49,592 nt of DNA from Prevotella sp. (GCA_031285625.1 JAITVV010000052.1:1-49592), one strand, 5' to 3'; shown: positions 30,934 to 41,625, numbered from the stretch's first letter. Notes: generated by a model from the sequence alone, not told the origin. Made by a program: numbers and translations.

Positions 30934-31244
30934 ATACTACTGAGAAAAAAACGATTGGCAAGATGATACATTTGTATTGTAATGCCAAACATGGTACCAG
31001 TCACGCATTATGTACATCATGTGCAGAACTGAACAAATATGCTCAAAAGAGACTATCAAAGTGTATATATGGTGAAGATAAACCAACATGTGAGAAATGT
31101 CCTATACATTGCTATAGTTCCGATATGAGAGAAAAGATCAAAGATGTGATGCGTTACTCCGGTCCAAGAATGCTCTTCCATAGTCCCCGTATGGCCATCA
31201 CGCACTTAATTAAAGGAATGAAAACGCCCAAAAGGATCAGTTAG
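30930..31244 (+). CDS. YgbA family (nitrous oxide-stimulated promoter) Cys-rich protein
   Basis: MI.LYC...H, C..C, KPTCEKCPIHCY, MRYSGPRM. Confidence 0.9.
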   Translation: MNTTEKKTIGKMIHLYCNAKHGTSHALCTSCAELNKYAQKRLSKCIYGEDKPTCEKCPIHCYSSDMREKIKDVMRYSGPRMLFHSPRMAITHLIKGMKTPKRIS

Positions 31245-31313
31245 CTCTGTCTCTATCCAATAAACTTTTCAATCTCACAGATTGTTTAATAACTAAATAT
31301 TAAACAAAAAAGT

Positions 31314-31487
31314 ATGAGCAGGCGAAGCGAACTAGAAAAGGAAATTGAAATAGCAAAGAAACGAATAGATGATGCTCCAAAGGACACTCCAAAAGAAATA
31401 ATGGAGGCTTGGATAAAAGAACTTGACAGCCTATCCATCGAACTTAATGACCTGTATGACGACGACGAAAATGAATTTCCGAGCTAA
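31314..31487 (+). CDS. Small acidic helical protein, 57 aa (absent from the ORF track)
   Basis: MSRRSELEKEIEIAKKRIDDAPKDTPKEIMEAWIKELDSLSIELNDLYDDDENEFPS; A-rich start context; fills the gap before convergent aroC. Confidence 0.75.
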   Translation: MSRRSELEKEIEIAKKRIDDAPKDTPKEIMEAWIKELDSLSIELNDLYDDDENEFPS

Positions 31488-31494
31488 GATATAT

Positions 31495-32571
31495 TTATAA
31501 AAAAGCCCGGTTCATTTTACTCATCAGATAATAATCCAGAATTGTCATGGCAGCCATAGCCTCTACAATAGGTACAGCGCGTGGTAATACACAGGCATCA
31601 TGACGACCTCTGGCCTTCAGATCGGTATACTCCCCTTCCTTATTAATTGTATCCTGATGCATAAGGATAGTAGCTACGGGCTTGAATGCTACACGGAAAT
31701 AGATATCATGTCCGTTCGAAATACCACCCTGAATTCCACCGGAATGGTTAGTACGGGTGCTCACCTTTCCATTTTCATTATAAAAGACATCATTTACTTC
31801 CGATCCACGATGGCTAACATCGAATCCATCGCCATATTCAAAACCTTTCACTGCATTTATTCCTAACATGGCATCTCCTAATGCTGCATGCAATTTATTG
31901 AATACCGGCTCACCCAATCCAACTGGCGTACCTTTAATGACACAAGTAACAACTCCACCAATCGTATCGCCTTTAGACTTTACTTCTTCGATAAATTCGA
32001 TCATTTCAGCAGCTTTCTCCATATCTGGACAGCGCACTGGAGTAGATTCAATCAATGAAAGATCATATTCTGTATATTGTTTATCCAGCTTTATATGTCC
32101 TACCTGTGAAGTATAAGCTGTGATTTCTATATTCAGCTGAATAAGTGCAAGTTTCGCTAATGCTCCTCCTACACACCGTGCTATTGTCTCCCGCGCGGAA
32201 GAACGGCCTCCTCCCCTATGATCACGTATTCCATACTTTTGTGAATAAGTATAATCGGCATGAGAAGGACGGTAAATATCTTTCAGATTATCATAATCCG
32301 ACGAATGTTGATTATTGTTGCGAATAATAAAACCAATAGGAACCCCTGTCGTTTTACCATCATATATTCCCGAAAGAAATTCGACCTCATCGGCTTCCTT
32401 ACGGGGTGTTGTTATTTTAGACTGCCCCGGGCGGCGGCGGTTAAGTTCATTCTGAATAAAATCCATATCAACGGTAATTCCTGCCGGACATCCGTCGATT
32501 ACTCCACCTATTGCAGCACCGTGTGACTCCCCATAAGAGGTAAGCCTAAATATATTTCCAAATGTATTCAT
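31495..32571 (-). CDS. aroC: Chorismate synthase
   Basis: [39 protein letters not shown]. Confidence 0.98.
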   Translation of the reverse strand: MNTFGNIFRLTSYGESHGAAIGGVIDGCPAGITVDMDFIQNELNRRRPGQSKITTPRKEADEVEFLSGIYDGKTTGVPIGFIIRNNNQHSSDYDNLKDIYRPSHADYTYSQKYGIRDHRGGGRSSARETIARCVGGALAKLALIQLNIEITAYTSQVGHIKLDKQYTEYDLSLIESTPVRCPDMEKAAEMIEFIEEVKSKGDTIGGVVTCVIKGTPVGLGEPVFNKLHAALGDAMLGINAVKGFEYGDGFDVSHRGSEVNDVFYNENGKVSTRTNHSGGIQGGISNGHDIYFRVAFKPVATILMHQDTINKEGEYTDLKARGRHDACVLPRAVPIVEAMAAMTILDYYLMSKMNRAFL

Positions 32572-32749
32572 CAAAAATTATATAGATTAGCGAGTTACAA
32601 AATTACATCAAATTATTCAATTATCAGACCAAAAGACAGGAGGAGAACATTATTCCTTTCTAAAGATTTAGGATAAATAGCTTATATACATGAAAAAAGT
32701 AACACATATATATTTTTATAAATATCAGGTAAAAAGCATATTACCATAA

Positions 32750-32824
32750 AAAAGTGACAAAAGTAACAGTTATCAGCTTATTTTCAATGTTACTTTATTG
32801 TACTATAGCAAGCCTTATATCATA
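32750..32824 (+). repeat. Dispersed intergenic repeat, copy C
   Basis: AAAAGTGAC-AAAAGTAAC-AG...TGTTACTTT...TATATCATA; extra AAAAGTAACA unit near 32695. Confidence 0.6.
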
Positions 32825-32861
32825 AGATAATTTTATCCTGATCTTCTGCTTTATAAAAGGA

Positions 32862-33212
32862 TTAGTTTTCTTTATTCTCATCCATTTTAAGGACTTTGAA
32901 GTTACTGTCGAAATAACAGTTTATGGTATCATTGATATTGAATATCCTGTAGCTGTTAGCATAGGCCCATGTCCCCTGTATATAGATTTTACATAGATAT
33001 GTTTCATCCGGATTATCACGTTTATCCTTAGGTATTTTCTCATAGGAAACGGGTTCCATATATTCAATCTTAGTTATAGTATTATTATCTATATCCCTAT
33101 ATTTAATATGCTGTTTAGCCGCTTCTCCCATTTTATCCAGATTATATTGTGTACTTAAACTGCAGGAGAACAACCCAAAAGTAATGAATACCAATAAAAT
33201 ATATTTCTTCAT
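32862..33212 (-). CDS. Hypothetical lipoprotein
   Basis: Signal peptide with lipobox LFSC. Confidence 0.75.
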   Translation of the reverse strand: MKKYILLVFITFGLFSCSLSTQYNLDKMGEAAKQHIKYRDIDNNTITKIEYMEPVSYEKIPKDKRDNPDETYLCKIYIQGTWAYANSYRIFNINDTINCYFDSNFKVLKMDENKEN

Positions 33213-33366
33213 GTTATTTGTATTTTATATTGATTGTAACAATTATAATCATTCAAAATTACAGAATCTTATCGTAGAAACATAAAAAACAATTACTTTG
33301 TTTATGTCATATATATTTTTGTTATTAATTTAGCACAATATACGCCAACACCCCCAAAGTCTGTGA

Positions 33367-33762
33367 ATGATGGATAAGAAAGGATCGGAGAAATTTTCTA
33401 TGAAGAAGCGGTTAAAATCGCCCTTATATGCACTTAACGGATTAAAAATCTTATTCACAGAAGAACATAATTCCCGTATACATGTATGCATTGTAATAGC
33501 TGTAGTTGCCGCAGGTATATTCCTCAAAATATCAAGCCTGGAATGGCTGGTGATATGTATACTCATTGCTTTAGTGTTTGCACTGGAGATAATGAATTCA
33601 GCTATTGAGAACCTATGTGATTTTATATCTCCACAGTGGCATGAAATGATAAAGAAAGTAAAAGATCTGGCTGCAGCCGCAGTCTTTTTCGCCTCGTTCA
33701 TTTCGGTAGTATGCGGAGCAATTATTTTTTTACCCAGATTATACTTATTATTTACATCTTGA
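33367..33762 (+). CDS. dgkA: Diacylglycerol/undecaprenol kinase family (DgkA)
   Basis: E.N.RIH, LEIMNSAIE.LCD, KVKDLAAAAV. Confidence 0.88.
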   Translation: MMDKKGSEKFSMKKRLKSPLYALNGLKILFTEEHNSRIHVCIVIAVVAAGIFLKISSLEWLVICILIALVFALEIMNSAIENLCDFISPQWHEMIKKVKDLAAAAVFFASFISVVCGAIIFLPRLYLLFTS

Positions 33763-33798
33763 CGATGTAGAATTTTATATTTGAAAATGTTATTAAAA

Positions 33799-34653
33799 AT
33801 GAAAAAACTAATCTACTCATTACTTATCGTTTTACTTATTTCTGCTTGTAGTACAAAACCATTGGATGTGAATGTTATGACATTCAATATACGCCTCGAT
33901 CATGCTGGTGACAGCCTGAATAATTGGCAATACAGAAAAGACAATGCCGCACAGATGGTAAAAATGAATAATATAGACATCCTGGGTACTCAGGAAGTAT
34001 TACTAAATCAGCTTAAAGACCTTAAAGACCGTCTACCCGAATACAATGCAATAGGTGTCGGCCGCGAAGATGGAAAAGATAAAGGTGAATTCAGCTCTTT
34101 ATTTTATAAAAAAGATAAATTTAAAGAAATCGAATCAGGAAATTTCTGGGTTAGCGAAACTCCTGAAATTGTCGGATCGAAGGGATGGGATGCTTCGTAC
34201 CTTCGTGTGGCAGCATGGGCCATACTGGAAGATAAAGGAACAGGCAAACAAATATTCGTAATGAATACACACCTTGACAATGACGGGCTTACAGCCCGTA
34301 AAGAAGGTGGAAGTCTGTTATTAAAGAAAGCTGCTGAGCTAGGTAAAGGTCTTCCCGTTATCCTTACAGGTGACTTTAATGACACTCCAGAATCTGAAGC
34401 TATAAAAAACATAACAGATGCAAATAAAGCCGGCCACCTAATCGACAGTAAATCTATTGCGACCAATATTTCCGGTACAGACTGGACATTCCACGATTTT
34501 GGCAGATTGCCTCTGGCTGAACGTCCGCTACTCGACTATATTTTTGTAAGTAAGCAAATAAAAGTCTCCGATTATTCTGTTTTACCAGATACGCTTAATG
34601 GCACATTTGTATCAGACCATAAAGCAGTAGTAGCCACACTGAGTATTGATTAA
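33799..34653 (+). CDS. Endonuclease/exonuclease/phosphatase family lipoprotein
   Basis: Lipobox ISAC; TFNIR, GTQE, NTHLD, GDFN, DYIF, SDH. Confidence 0.9.
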   Translation: MKKLIYSLLIVLLISACSTKPLDVNVMTFNIRLDHAGDSLNNWQYRKDNAAQMVKMNNIDILGTQEVLLNQLKDLKDRLPEYNAIGVGREDGKDKGEFSSLFYKKDKFKEIESGNFWVSETPEIVGSKGWDASYLRVAAWAILEDKGTGKQIFVMNTHLDNDGLTARKEGGSLLLKKAAELGKGLPVILTGDFNDTPESEAIKNITDANKAGHLIDSKSIATNISGTDWTFHDFGRLPLAERPLLDYIFVSKQIKVSDYSVLPDTLNGTFVSDHKAVVATLSID

Positions 34654-34671
34654 CACTTTAATATCTATAAT

Positions 34672-37476
34672 ATGAGGAAATCAATTATTATTATCGCTTT
34701 GTTAGCCATAGTTGGTTTTATTGAAGCACAAACAATGGAAAAATTACCTGTCGATTCACAAGTTAGGTATGGTAAGCTGGATAACGGACTGACCTATTAT
34801 ATCAGGCACAATGCATACCCTGAAAAAAGAGCAGACTTTTATATTGCTCAAAAAGTGGGCTCTATGCAGGAAGAAGATGATCAGGTGGGGTTGGCTCACT
34901 TCCTTGAGCATATGGCCTTTAACGGTTCAAAGAATTTTCCGGGTAAAAAGACAATGCTCAATTACCTTGAGTCTATTGGTGTAAAGTTTGGAGCTAATGT
35001 AAATGCATATACATCTTTCGATGAAACCGTTTATAATCTGAATGATGTACCTGTGATACGGGATGCTATTATAGATTCTTGTTTATTGGTTTTGCATGAC
35101 TGGTCGAGTTTCATTGCCCTTAAAGATGAACAGATCGATGAGGAAAGGCTGGTTATCAAGGAAGAATGGCGTACACGTAGTGGTGCGCAATACCGTATAT
35201 GGGACAAACAGTTGCCCGTAATCTTCAAAGGAAGCAAATATGCAGACCGTATGCCTATCGGTAAAATGGAGGTAGTAGAGAATTTTCCATACCAAACACT
35301 TAAGGACTATTATCATAAATGGTACAGACCCGATCTGCAAGGTATAATAATTGTTGGCGATATAGATGTAGATCAAGTGGAGGCTAAGATAAAAACAATG
35401 TTTGCAGATATTGCAAAACCTGTAAATCCAGCTGAAAGAGTATATTTTCCTGTACCGGATAACAATGAGCCTATCGTTTCCATTATTACCGACCCGGAAG
35501 CAGTAAGAACTCAGGTTACACTTTACATTAAGCATGATATTGTACCTGCAGAAGCAAAACAAAGCCAGATGGGTTTGATTATTTCATACATTAAGGCTCT
35601 ATCTTCAAGGATGTTATCTGACCGTTTGAACGAGATATCTCAAAAAGCAGATGCTCCTTTTGCCGCCTCTTATGCCTATGACGGAGGATTCTTTGTTTCC
35701 AAAACAAAAGACGCATGGACCACAATCGCTCTAAGTAAAGAAGGTAAAATAGATGAAACATTAGCCAGCCTGATAAGGGAAAATGAACGCATCAAAAGAT
35801 TTGGATTCACAGATGCAGAAGTTGAACGTGCTAAAGCCACTCTTCTTGATGAATACGAAAAAATGTATAATAACAGGAATAAAGAATTGAACAACAGGTA
35901 TGTTCAGGAATATGTGAGGAGTTTCACAGAAGATGAAGCTATTCCTGGAATTGAATATGAATACAACTTCTTCAAACAATTCTCCCCTATGATCAATGCA
36001 CAGGCTATTAATGGCGCAGTGCAACAACTACTTGGAAATAAAAATATAGTGATTACCGTTACAGGTCCGGAAAAAGAAGGTATAACCTACCCTACAGTAG
36101 ATGAGTTGCTAAATGTATTCAATACAGTTGAGGCTGAAAATATTACAGCCTATGAGGAAACTGTATCGAACGAACCATTGATCACTCAATTGCCAAAAGC
36201 AGGATCGGTAGTAAAAACAGAAACCGATGATAAATTTGGCACTACCATATGGACATTATCTAATGGAATGAAAGTTGTTATCAAAAAAACTAACTTCAAA
36301 GATGACGAGATATTAATGTCCTCTCATGCATATGGAGGTACTTCTATTATTGCTGATGCTGATATCAATAATGCAAATATGGCCTCTATGGTACCATCTG
36401 TAGGAGGTATCGGTAATTTCAGTTCTACCGATCTGAAAAAAGCCTTAGCCGGAAAATCCGCTAATGTGAATAACCATATTTCTTCATACGTTCAAGGTCT
36501 TAACGGATCGTCGTCTATTAAGGATCTGGAAACATTGCTTCAGCTTACATATCTTTATTTCACAGCTCCCAGAAAGGATGAAGGTGCATACTCTAACATT
36601 ATGGAACTAATAAAGAATCAGTTGAAAAATCTGACTTCAGAACCTTCATTCATAATGAATATCAACAGGACCAAAGCGATGTATGGAGACAACCCTCGTA
36701 TGCAGGTTATGATGCTGGAAGATGCTGAAAAACTGAACTATGACCGTATTATAGAAATCTATAAAGAAATCTATGCTAATCCGGGATCATTCGTATTCAA
36801 TTTTGTCGGTACAGTTGACGAAGCAGCTCTCAAACCATTGGTAGAACAATATCTGGCATCACTTCCTTCGGGCAATAAAGATGCTAAATACAAAGATGTG
36901 GATGCAAGTATAAGAAAAGGCCACATTGACAATATATTCGAGCAGGAGATGAAAACTCCTAAAACATCTGCTTTTGAAATGTATAGCGGGACGTTGAAAT
37001 ATGATCAAAAAACGCAAATAACATTATCTGCACTAAAACAGATATTAGATATTGTATATGTTCGTACTGTAAGAGAAGAAGCAGGAGGTACTTACGGAGT
37101 TGGTGTACGTGCAGGAATAAGCCGTATTCCGGAAGGGCAAACGACATTGCAGATGTTCTTCGATACAGACCCTGAGAGAGTAGCTACTATAACTCCTATT
37201 ATCAGCCGTGAAGTAAATAAGATCGCTGAAAACGGACCGGAAGACGCTGACTTCCTGAAAGTAAAGGAATATATGGTGAAGAAGTTCCAGGAAGACGAGA
37301 AACAAAATGGCTACTGGGTAGGCATTCTTGGTTCAAAATATTTCTATGGCGATGATAATCATTCTGACTATCTTTCAATTGTTAATGCATTAACAAAGGA
37401 TGATATAAAGAGACTGACAAAAGAGTTGGTATCTCAAGAAAATCATATTGAAGTGATAATGAATCCGAAAAAATAA
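34672..37476 (+). CDS. M16 family zinc metallopeptidase (PqqL-like)
   Basis: Inverted zinc motif HFLEH, NAYTS, second-half LSNG and VRE..G..Y; signal peptide. Confidence 0.93.
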   Translation: MRKSIIIIALLAIVGFIEAQTMEKLPVDSQVRYGKLDNGLTYYIRHNAYPEKRADFYIAQKVGSMQEEDDQVGLAHFLEHMAFNGSKNFPGKKTMLNYLESIGVKFGANVNAYTSFDETVYNLNDVPVIRDAIIDSCLLVLHDWSSFIALKDEQIDEERLVIKEEWRTRSGAQYRIWDKQLPVIFKGSKYADRMPIGKMEVVENFPYQTLKDYYHKWYRPDLQGIIIVGDIDVDQVEAKIKTMFADIAKPVNPAERVYFPVPDNNEPIVSIITDPEAVRTQVTLYIKHDIVPAEAKQSQMGLIISYIKALSSRMLSDRLNEISQKADAPFAASYAYDGGFFVSKTKDAWTTIALSKEGKIDETLASLIRENERIKRFGFTDAEVERAKATLLDEYEKMYNNRNKELNNRYVQEYVRSFTEDEAIPGIEYEYNFFKQFSPMINAQAINGAVQQLLGNKNIVITVTGPEKEGITYPTVDELLNVFNTVEAENITAYEETVSNEPLITQLPKAGSVVKTETDDKFGTTIWTLSNGMKVVIKKTNFKDDEILMSSHAYGGTSIIADADINNANMASMVPSVGGIGNFSSTDLKKALAGKSANVNNHISSYVQGLNGSSSIKDLETLLQLTYLYFTAPRKDEGAYSNIMELIKNQLKNLTSEPSFIMNINRTKAMYGDNPRMQVMMLEDAEKLNYDRIIEIYKEIYANPGSFVFNFVGTVDEAALKPLVEQYLASLPSGNKDAKYKDVDASIRKGHIDNIFEQEMKTPKTSAFEMYSGTLKYDQKTQITLSALKQILDIVYVRTVREEAGGTYGVGVRAGISRIPEGQTTLQMFFDTDPERVATITPIISREVNKIAENGPEDADFLKVKEYMVKKFQEDEKQNGYWVGILGSKYFYGDDNHSDYLSIVNALTKDDIKRLTKELVSQENHIEVIMNPKK

Positions 37477-37495
37477 TCGAAACTCAATGATGTTT

Positions 37496-37528
37496 AAAAG
37501 CTGCTAAGAAACAACTTAGCAGCTTTTT
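37496..37528 (+). terminator. Intrinsic terminator
   Basis: AAAAGCTGCTAAG-aaacaa-CTTAGCAGCTTTTT. Confidence 0.85.
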
Positions 37529-37534
37529 CATTAT

Positions 37535-37578
37535 ATCACATTTGCGTCACATTATCTTAACTAAACCTTAATTATACT
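37535..37578 (+). promoter_or_regulatory. 11-bp-period direct repeats (PhoB/OmpR-type box) upstream of the porin gene
   Basis: ATCACATTTGC GTCACATTATC TTAACTAAACC TTAATTATACT. Confidence 0.4.
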
Positions 37579-37635
37579 ACATTGTTGTTTTCAAATATTT
37601 ACACTTTACTTTGCAGTATAATTTAACAAAGTAGT

Positions 37636-38658
37636 ATGAAACGATTTTATTTTATCATCTTAGTTGCAATATTGTGTATAAACTCTTCTTTTGCACAGGA
37701 CTCTATAGCTTTTAAACCGTATGGAAAAGTTATAGCAAGAAGTTTCTTTGATTATAGTACAGGATTTGGGCATGCAAACGATGAAAGAGGTTTCGATCTG
37801 ACCAGAGCCTTTCTGGGATATAGTTATAAATTTACCCGTACACTGCAAGGTCAGGTTATTATTGATGGTGCTTCCAGTAAAACATCCACTGATGGATTGG
37901 AAGTATACGTACGAAATGCTTTCATTAATTGGAATGATAAAGGATTCAATATCAATGTAGGACTAACCGGCCTATTACAATTTAGCATACAGGAAAAATA
38001 CTGGATGCACCGCTACGTAATGAAATCGTTTCAGGATCTTAACAAGATGGCACCAAGTGTTGACATGGGTATAACAGCCGAATATGCATTTAATCCGTAC
38101 TTATCAGCTGACCTGAGCCTTACAAATGGTGAAGGCTATAAGAAAATAAAAAAGGATAACAGCATGCGTTATGCGGCTGGCATCAGTTTATATCCAATCA
38201 AAAATACAATATTCCGTATTTATGCAGATATATACAATGATGACGAAAAGCAAAGGGACGCATTACCCGAAGGAGTTACAGACGGCAATTACAAAGATCA
38301 ATATACCTTATCGTTATTTGCTGGATACCAGAATGAAAAAATTTCCTTCGGAGCAGAGTATAACAAGGTTTATAACAAAGGATTTATCGAAAAGAAAGAC
38401 TATTATGGATACTCGTTTTATACTTCTGCCAAATTAGCATCCAAATGGAGAACTTTTGCCCGCTATGACTTGACAGATTCTTCCAATCCATCGGCTTTTA
38501 CATCGCCATGGAATGATCTGGACGGACAATTAATGATGGTTGGTGTAGAATTTCAACCGGTGAAACAATTGAAGATAGCCCCAAACTTTCGTAATATAAA
38601 TAAGGACAGGGTAAAAGCAGAGCAATATCTTTTTATCAATGTAGAATTTAATTTGTAA
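37636..38658 (+). CDS. Outer membrane porin-like beta-barrel (possibly phosphate-selective porin family)
   Basis: Signal peptide, F.LTRA.LG motif, amphipathic strands, ARYD, C-terminal EFNL. Confidence 0.75.
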   Translation: MKRFYFIILVAILCINSSFAQDSIAFKPYGKVIARSFFDYSTGFGHANDERGFDLTRAFLGYSYKFTRTLQGQVIIDGASSKTSTDGLEVYVRNAFINWNDKGFNINVGLTGLLQFSIQEKYWMHRYVMKSFQDLNKMAPSVDMGITAEYAFNPYLSADLSLTNGEGYKKIKKDNSMRYAAGISLYPIKNTIFRIYADIYNDDEKQRDALPEGVTDGNYKDQYTLSLFAGYQNEKISFGAEYNKVYNKGFIEKKDYYGYSFYTSAKLASKWRTFARYDLTDSSNPSAFTSPWNDLDGQLMMVGVEFQPVKQLKIAPNFRNINKDRVKAEQYLFINVEFNL

Positions 38659-38710
38659 TAGCTTCGTAATATTTAATTTAACAGTAACTTAGTATCCATT
38701 TTTTACTGTT

Positions 38711-39520
38711 ATGATTAATTTAAAAAAAATACTGATCTGGTTTTTAATAATTGCACCATCATTTTACCTGATAACATGTTGTTTCTTTTATTTCCTTCAG
38801 GAAAAATTCATTTTTATTCCTGATAAATTAGATAAGGATTATAGATACAACTTTAGTCAAACCTTTGAAGAAGTACATATTCAAACAAAGGATGGAACCC
38901 AATTAAATAGTCTTTTATTCAAGGCGGATAATCCTAAAGGCCTGATATTCTACCTACATGGTAATGCTGGAGCATTAGACTCATGGGGAGGCATGGCATC
39001 ACTATATACTGATGATTTGGGTTATGATTTGTTTATCCTTGATTATAGAGGTTTTGGCAAAAGTGAAGGGCAGATCGAAAGTGAGGCTCAATTATTTGAA
39101 GACATACAGGCTGCCTATAACAGCATGAAAGAAAGATATAGTGAAGATCAAATTATAGTGCTTGGCTATTCTATAGGTACGTGTCCGGCTGCATGGCTTT
39201 CATCCACAAACAACCCTCGTATGTTAATTCTGCAGGCTCCATATTACAGCCTTACAGATGTAATTCAGGATATATCGCCATTAACCCCCGAATTTCTTAT
39301 CAGGTATAAACTGGAAACATATAAATACATTAAAGATTGCCAAATGCCGGTTATTATCTTTCATGGAAACTTAGATAAAGTTATAAGCTATGATAATTCT
39401 CTACAACTGGAAAAATTACTCAAACCGACAGACAGGCTAATTACTCTTAACGGAGAAGGGCATAATGAAATAACGGATAATAAACACTATCAGGATGAAC
39501 TATCCAAGATCTTATTCTAA
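38711..39520 (+). CDS. Alpha/beta hydrolase (ABHD13-like)
   Basis: HGNAG, DYRGFG.S, GYSIG, HG..D, GHN. Confidence 0.9.
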   Translation: MINLKKILIWFLIIAPSFYLITCCFFYFLQEKFIFIPDKLDKDYRYNFSQTFEEVHIQTKDGTQLNSLLFKADNPKGLIFYLHGNAGALDSWGGMASLYTDDLGYDLFILDYRGFGKSEGQIESEAQLFEDIQAAYNSMKERYSEDQIIVLGYSIGTCPAAWLSSTNNPRMLILQAPYYSLTDVIQDISPLTPEFLIRYKLETYKYIKDCQMPVIIFHGNLDKVISYDNSLQLEKLLKPTDRLITLNGEGHNEITDNKHYQDELSKILF

Positions 39521-39521
39521 A

Positions 39522-39546
39522 CAAAAAAGACCGATGAATCGGTCTT
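39522..39546. terminator. Terminator between convergent genes
   Basis: AAGACCGAT-ga-ATCGGTCTT with A tract on the left. Confidence 0.65.
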
Positions 39547-39553
39547 CCTATAA

Positions 39554-40858
39554 TTATTTTACATTTTCTTTTATATAAATATCATAGGTGTCACTTCCTG
39601 AAGATTCTTCATATATCATCAAATCGAAATATTTTACCACACTGACAAAATGATTCACGATTTCGGAAAGAATAACTTCATACTCAGCCCAGACTGTCGT
39701 ATTTGTAAAAGTATACAACTCAATCGGCAATCCTTGAGGTGTTGGAGCCAACTGACGCACAAGTAATGTGAGATTATTGTCGATCTTAGGATGCATACGC
39801 AGATAATGTGTCCCGTATTGTAAAAACAAGTCGTTATTTGTTATACGATGCTGATTTAATGGTATAGAAGTACTCTTTGTACCTTTATTCAATTCTGCAT
39901 ATTCTTTTTGTTTTGCTAATATGTACTCCCTGAGACCATCCACTTCTTTGTATTTTTCCAGTTCCTCATCTGTTAAGAAACGAATTTTATCGTGTTTAAG
40001 ATACAAAGCACGCTTAAAGCGGCGTCCTCCTGTATCCTGCATACCTCGCCAGTTTTGGAACGAATCGGATATGAGGGCATATGTAGGTACTGTAGTTATC
40101 GTTTTATCAAAATTGCGTATCTTAACTGTAGTCAGGTTTATTTCTTCCACATTACCGTCTGCTCCATACTTATTCATGGTTATCCAATCACCTATTTGCA
40201 CCATATTATTAGTTGTTACCTGAATGCTTCCGGCAAAGCCTTTGATCGAATCCTGAAATAATAACATCAGGATGGCAGAGGCAGCCCCCATAGCAGCAAA
40301 AAATGCCGTAGCTGATTTTCCGGTAATAATGGAATAAATTACTACTGCTCCGAAAATAAATAGAATTATACTTATAACCTGAAAATAACTTTTCATCGGT
40401 TTATTCTGAAAAGCCGGTTTTTCCTGTAATACTCCACCAAATGATCTTATCACAGCCATGATGATCCAGATAACCATAAAAACCATATAGATATCGGTCA
40501 ACTTGATCATTGGTTTTATAAATGATGGAAAGTCATAGAATACAATCGGAATTATACCCCTTATAAATGAATATGGAACAATTAGTGCCAGATAATGTGG
40601 AAGTCTGTTCTCTAATGCATACTTCATGAATGAAAGTTTTGATATATTGCCAACACGTTTGAACACAAATATCAATATCTTCCTCACCAGAAATTGCAAT
40701 CCATATACAATTAAGGTCACCAAAACCAGTAGTACAATCAATTTTGTATATTCTACCCACTGCTCAGGTACCCCAAGCCCTGTAAGAAATTCCTGCATCC
40801 ATTTAGCTATTGCTATTGTTATGGAATTAGCTTCCATCTGTACTTCCTGTGTATCCAT
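39554..40858 (-). CDS. Mechanosensitive channel, MscS family (YbdG-like)
   Basis: GDWI, DG.VEEINLTTVKIRNFDKT, SFQNWRGM, GLPIE.Y.F; TATCTTTG element at 40956-40949. Confidence 0.92.
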   Translation of the reverse strand: MDTQEVQMEANSITIAIAKWMQEFLTGLGVPEQWVEYTKLIVLLVLVTLIVYGLQFLVRKILIFVFKRVGNISKLSFMKYALENRLPHYLALIVPYSFIRGIIPIVFYDFPSFIKPMIKLTDIYMVFMVIWIIMAVIRSFGGVLQEKPAFQNKPMKSYFQVISIILFIFGAVVIYSIITGKSATAFFAAMGAASAILMLLFQDSIKGFAGSIQVTTNNMVQIGDWITMNKYGADGNVEEINLTTVKIRNFDKTITTVPTYALISDSFQNWRGMQDTGGRRFKRALYLKHDKIRFLTDEELEKYKEVDGLREYILAKQKEYAELNKGTKSTSIPLNQHRITNNDLFLQYGTHYLRMHPKIDNNLTLLVRQLAPTPQGLPIELYTFTNTTVWAEYEVILSEIVNHFVSVVKYFDLMIYEESSGSDTYDIYIKENVK

Positions 40859-41094
40859 TTTTTGTTTATTTCGATTGATCTAATTATATAAAAAGGCCCT
40901 ATTATTCATAGAGCAGCTTTTGATTCTCAAAAGGTTTCTGATGAAATACAAAGATAGTAAGCGCATCAAGGATGGCAGACACAAAAAAGCACATTAACGT
41001 TTTTTATGATAAAGAATATTATTGAAGAAACCTGTCAGGAAAGTGAAATAGTTATATTTGATAGGAGGATAATAACATTTTAAATCTGTAAATT

Positions 41095-41463
41095 ATGGAA
41101 CTTAAGATCATTAATAAGCAATTTGCAGTTTGCAAAGTAAAAGGAGTCGAAAATATTAGATTTGACGATGAATTTTGCTTCTTTGGAAAAACGGATGAAG
41201 AAATGTCCTTAGTCTGCGAAGAAACATCTGTACCAAGTGACTGTATAGAGTATGAAAAAGGATGGAAAGCTTTCAGATTGCAGGGAATACTTGATTTCTC
41301 TTTGGTAGGTATTTTATCGAAAATATCAGTAATACTGGCAGAAAATAATATTAGTATTTTTGCGATATCTACCTATAACACGGACTATATATTGGTTAAA
41401 ATAGAAGATTTTGAGAATGCAAAGAGTGTTTTACTAAATAGAAATTATAAAATCAGTTTGTAG
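41095..41463 (+). CDS. ACT domain protein (CASTOR/GATS-like)
   Basis: T.EE.SLVC, G.LDFSLVGIL, ISIFAISTYNTDYILV. Confidence 0.88.
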   Translation: MELKIINKQFAVCKVKGVENIRFDDEFCFFGKTDEEMSLVCEETSVPSDCIEYEKGWKAFRLQGILDFSLVGILSKISVILAENNISIFAISTYNTDYILVKIEDFENAKSVLLNRNYKISL

Positions 41464-41600
41464 GCCCTTTTATATAAATGCATTGAAAACTTAATCTCAT
41501 TGACATCTTTTTGCTCACTATAAGTTTGGAGACGATAAATCAATTTCAGAGAATAAATGGGAGAGGATAAGTATTAGATTCACTTGTTCCAAATTGTATA

Positions 41601-41625
41601 AAAGAAGCCCTTTTTAGGCTTCTTT
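41601..41625. terminator. Terminator hairpin
   Basis: AAAGAAGCC...GGCTTCTTT. Confidence 0.65.

Noticed and set aside
18781-32824. Identifying the GTGAC/GTAAC repeat as matS or parS
   Set aside because: Spacing and symmetry do not fit GTGACRNYGTCAC or the 16-bp parS palindrome
16148-33798. Longer TTG-started versions of prmA, the YbaN gene, the GNAT gene, aroC and the EEP gene
   Set aside because: Downstream ATGs fit family N-termini and start context better; the prmA TTG lies inside its promoter element
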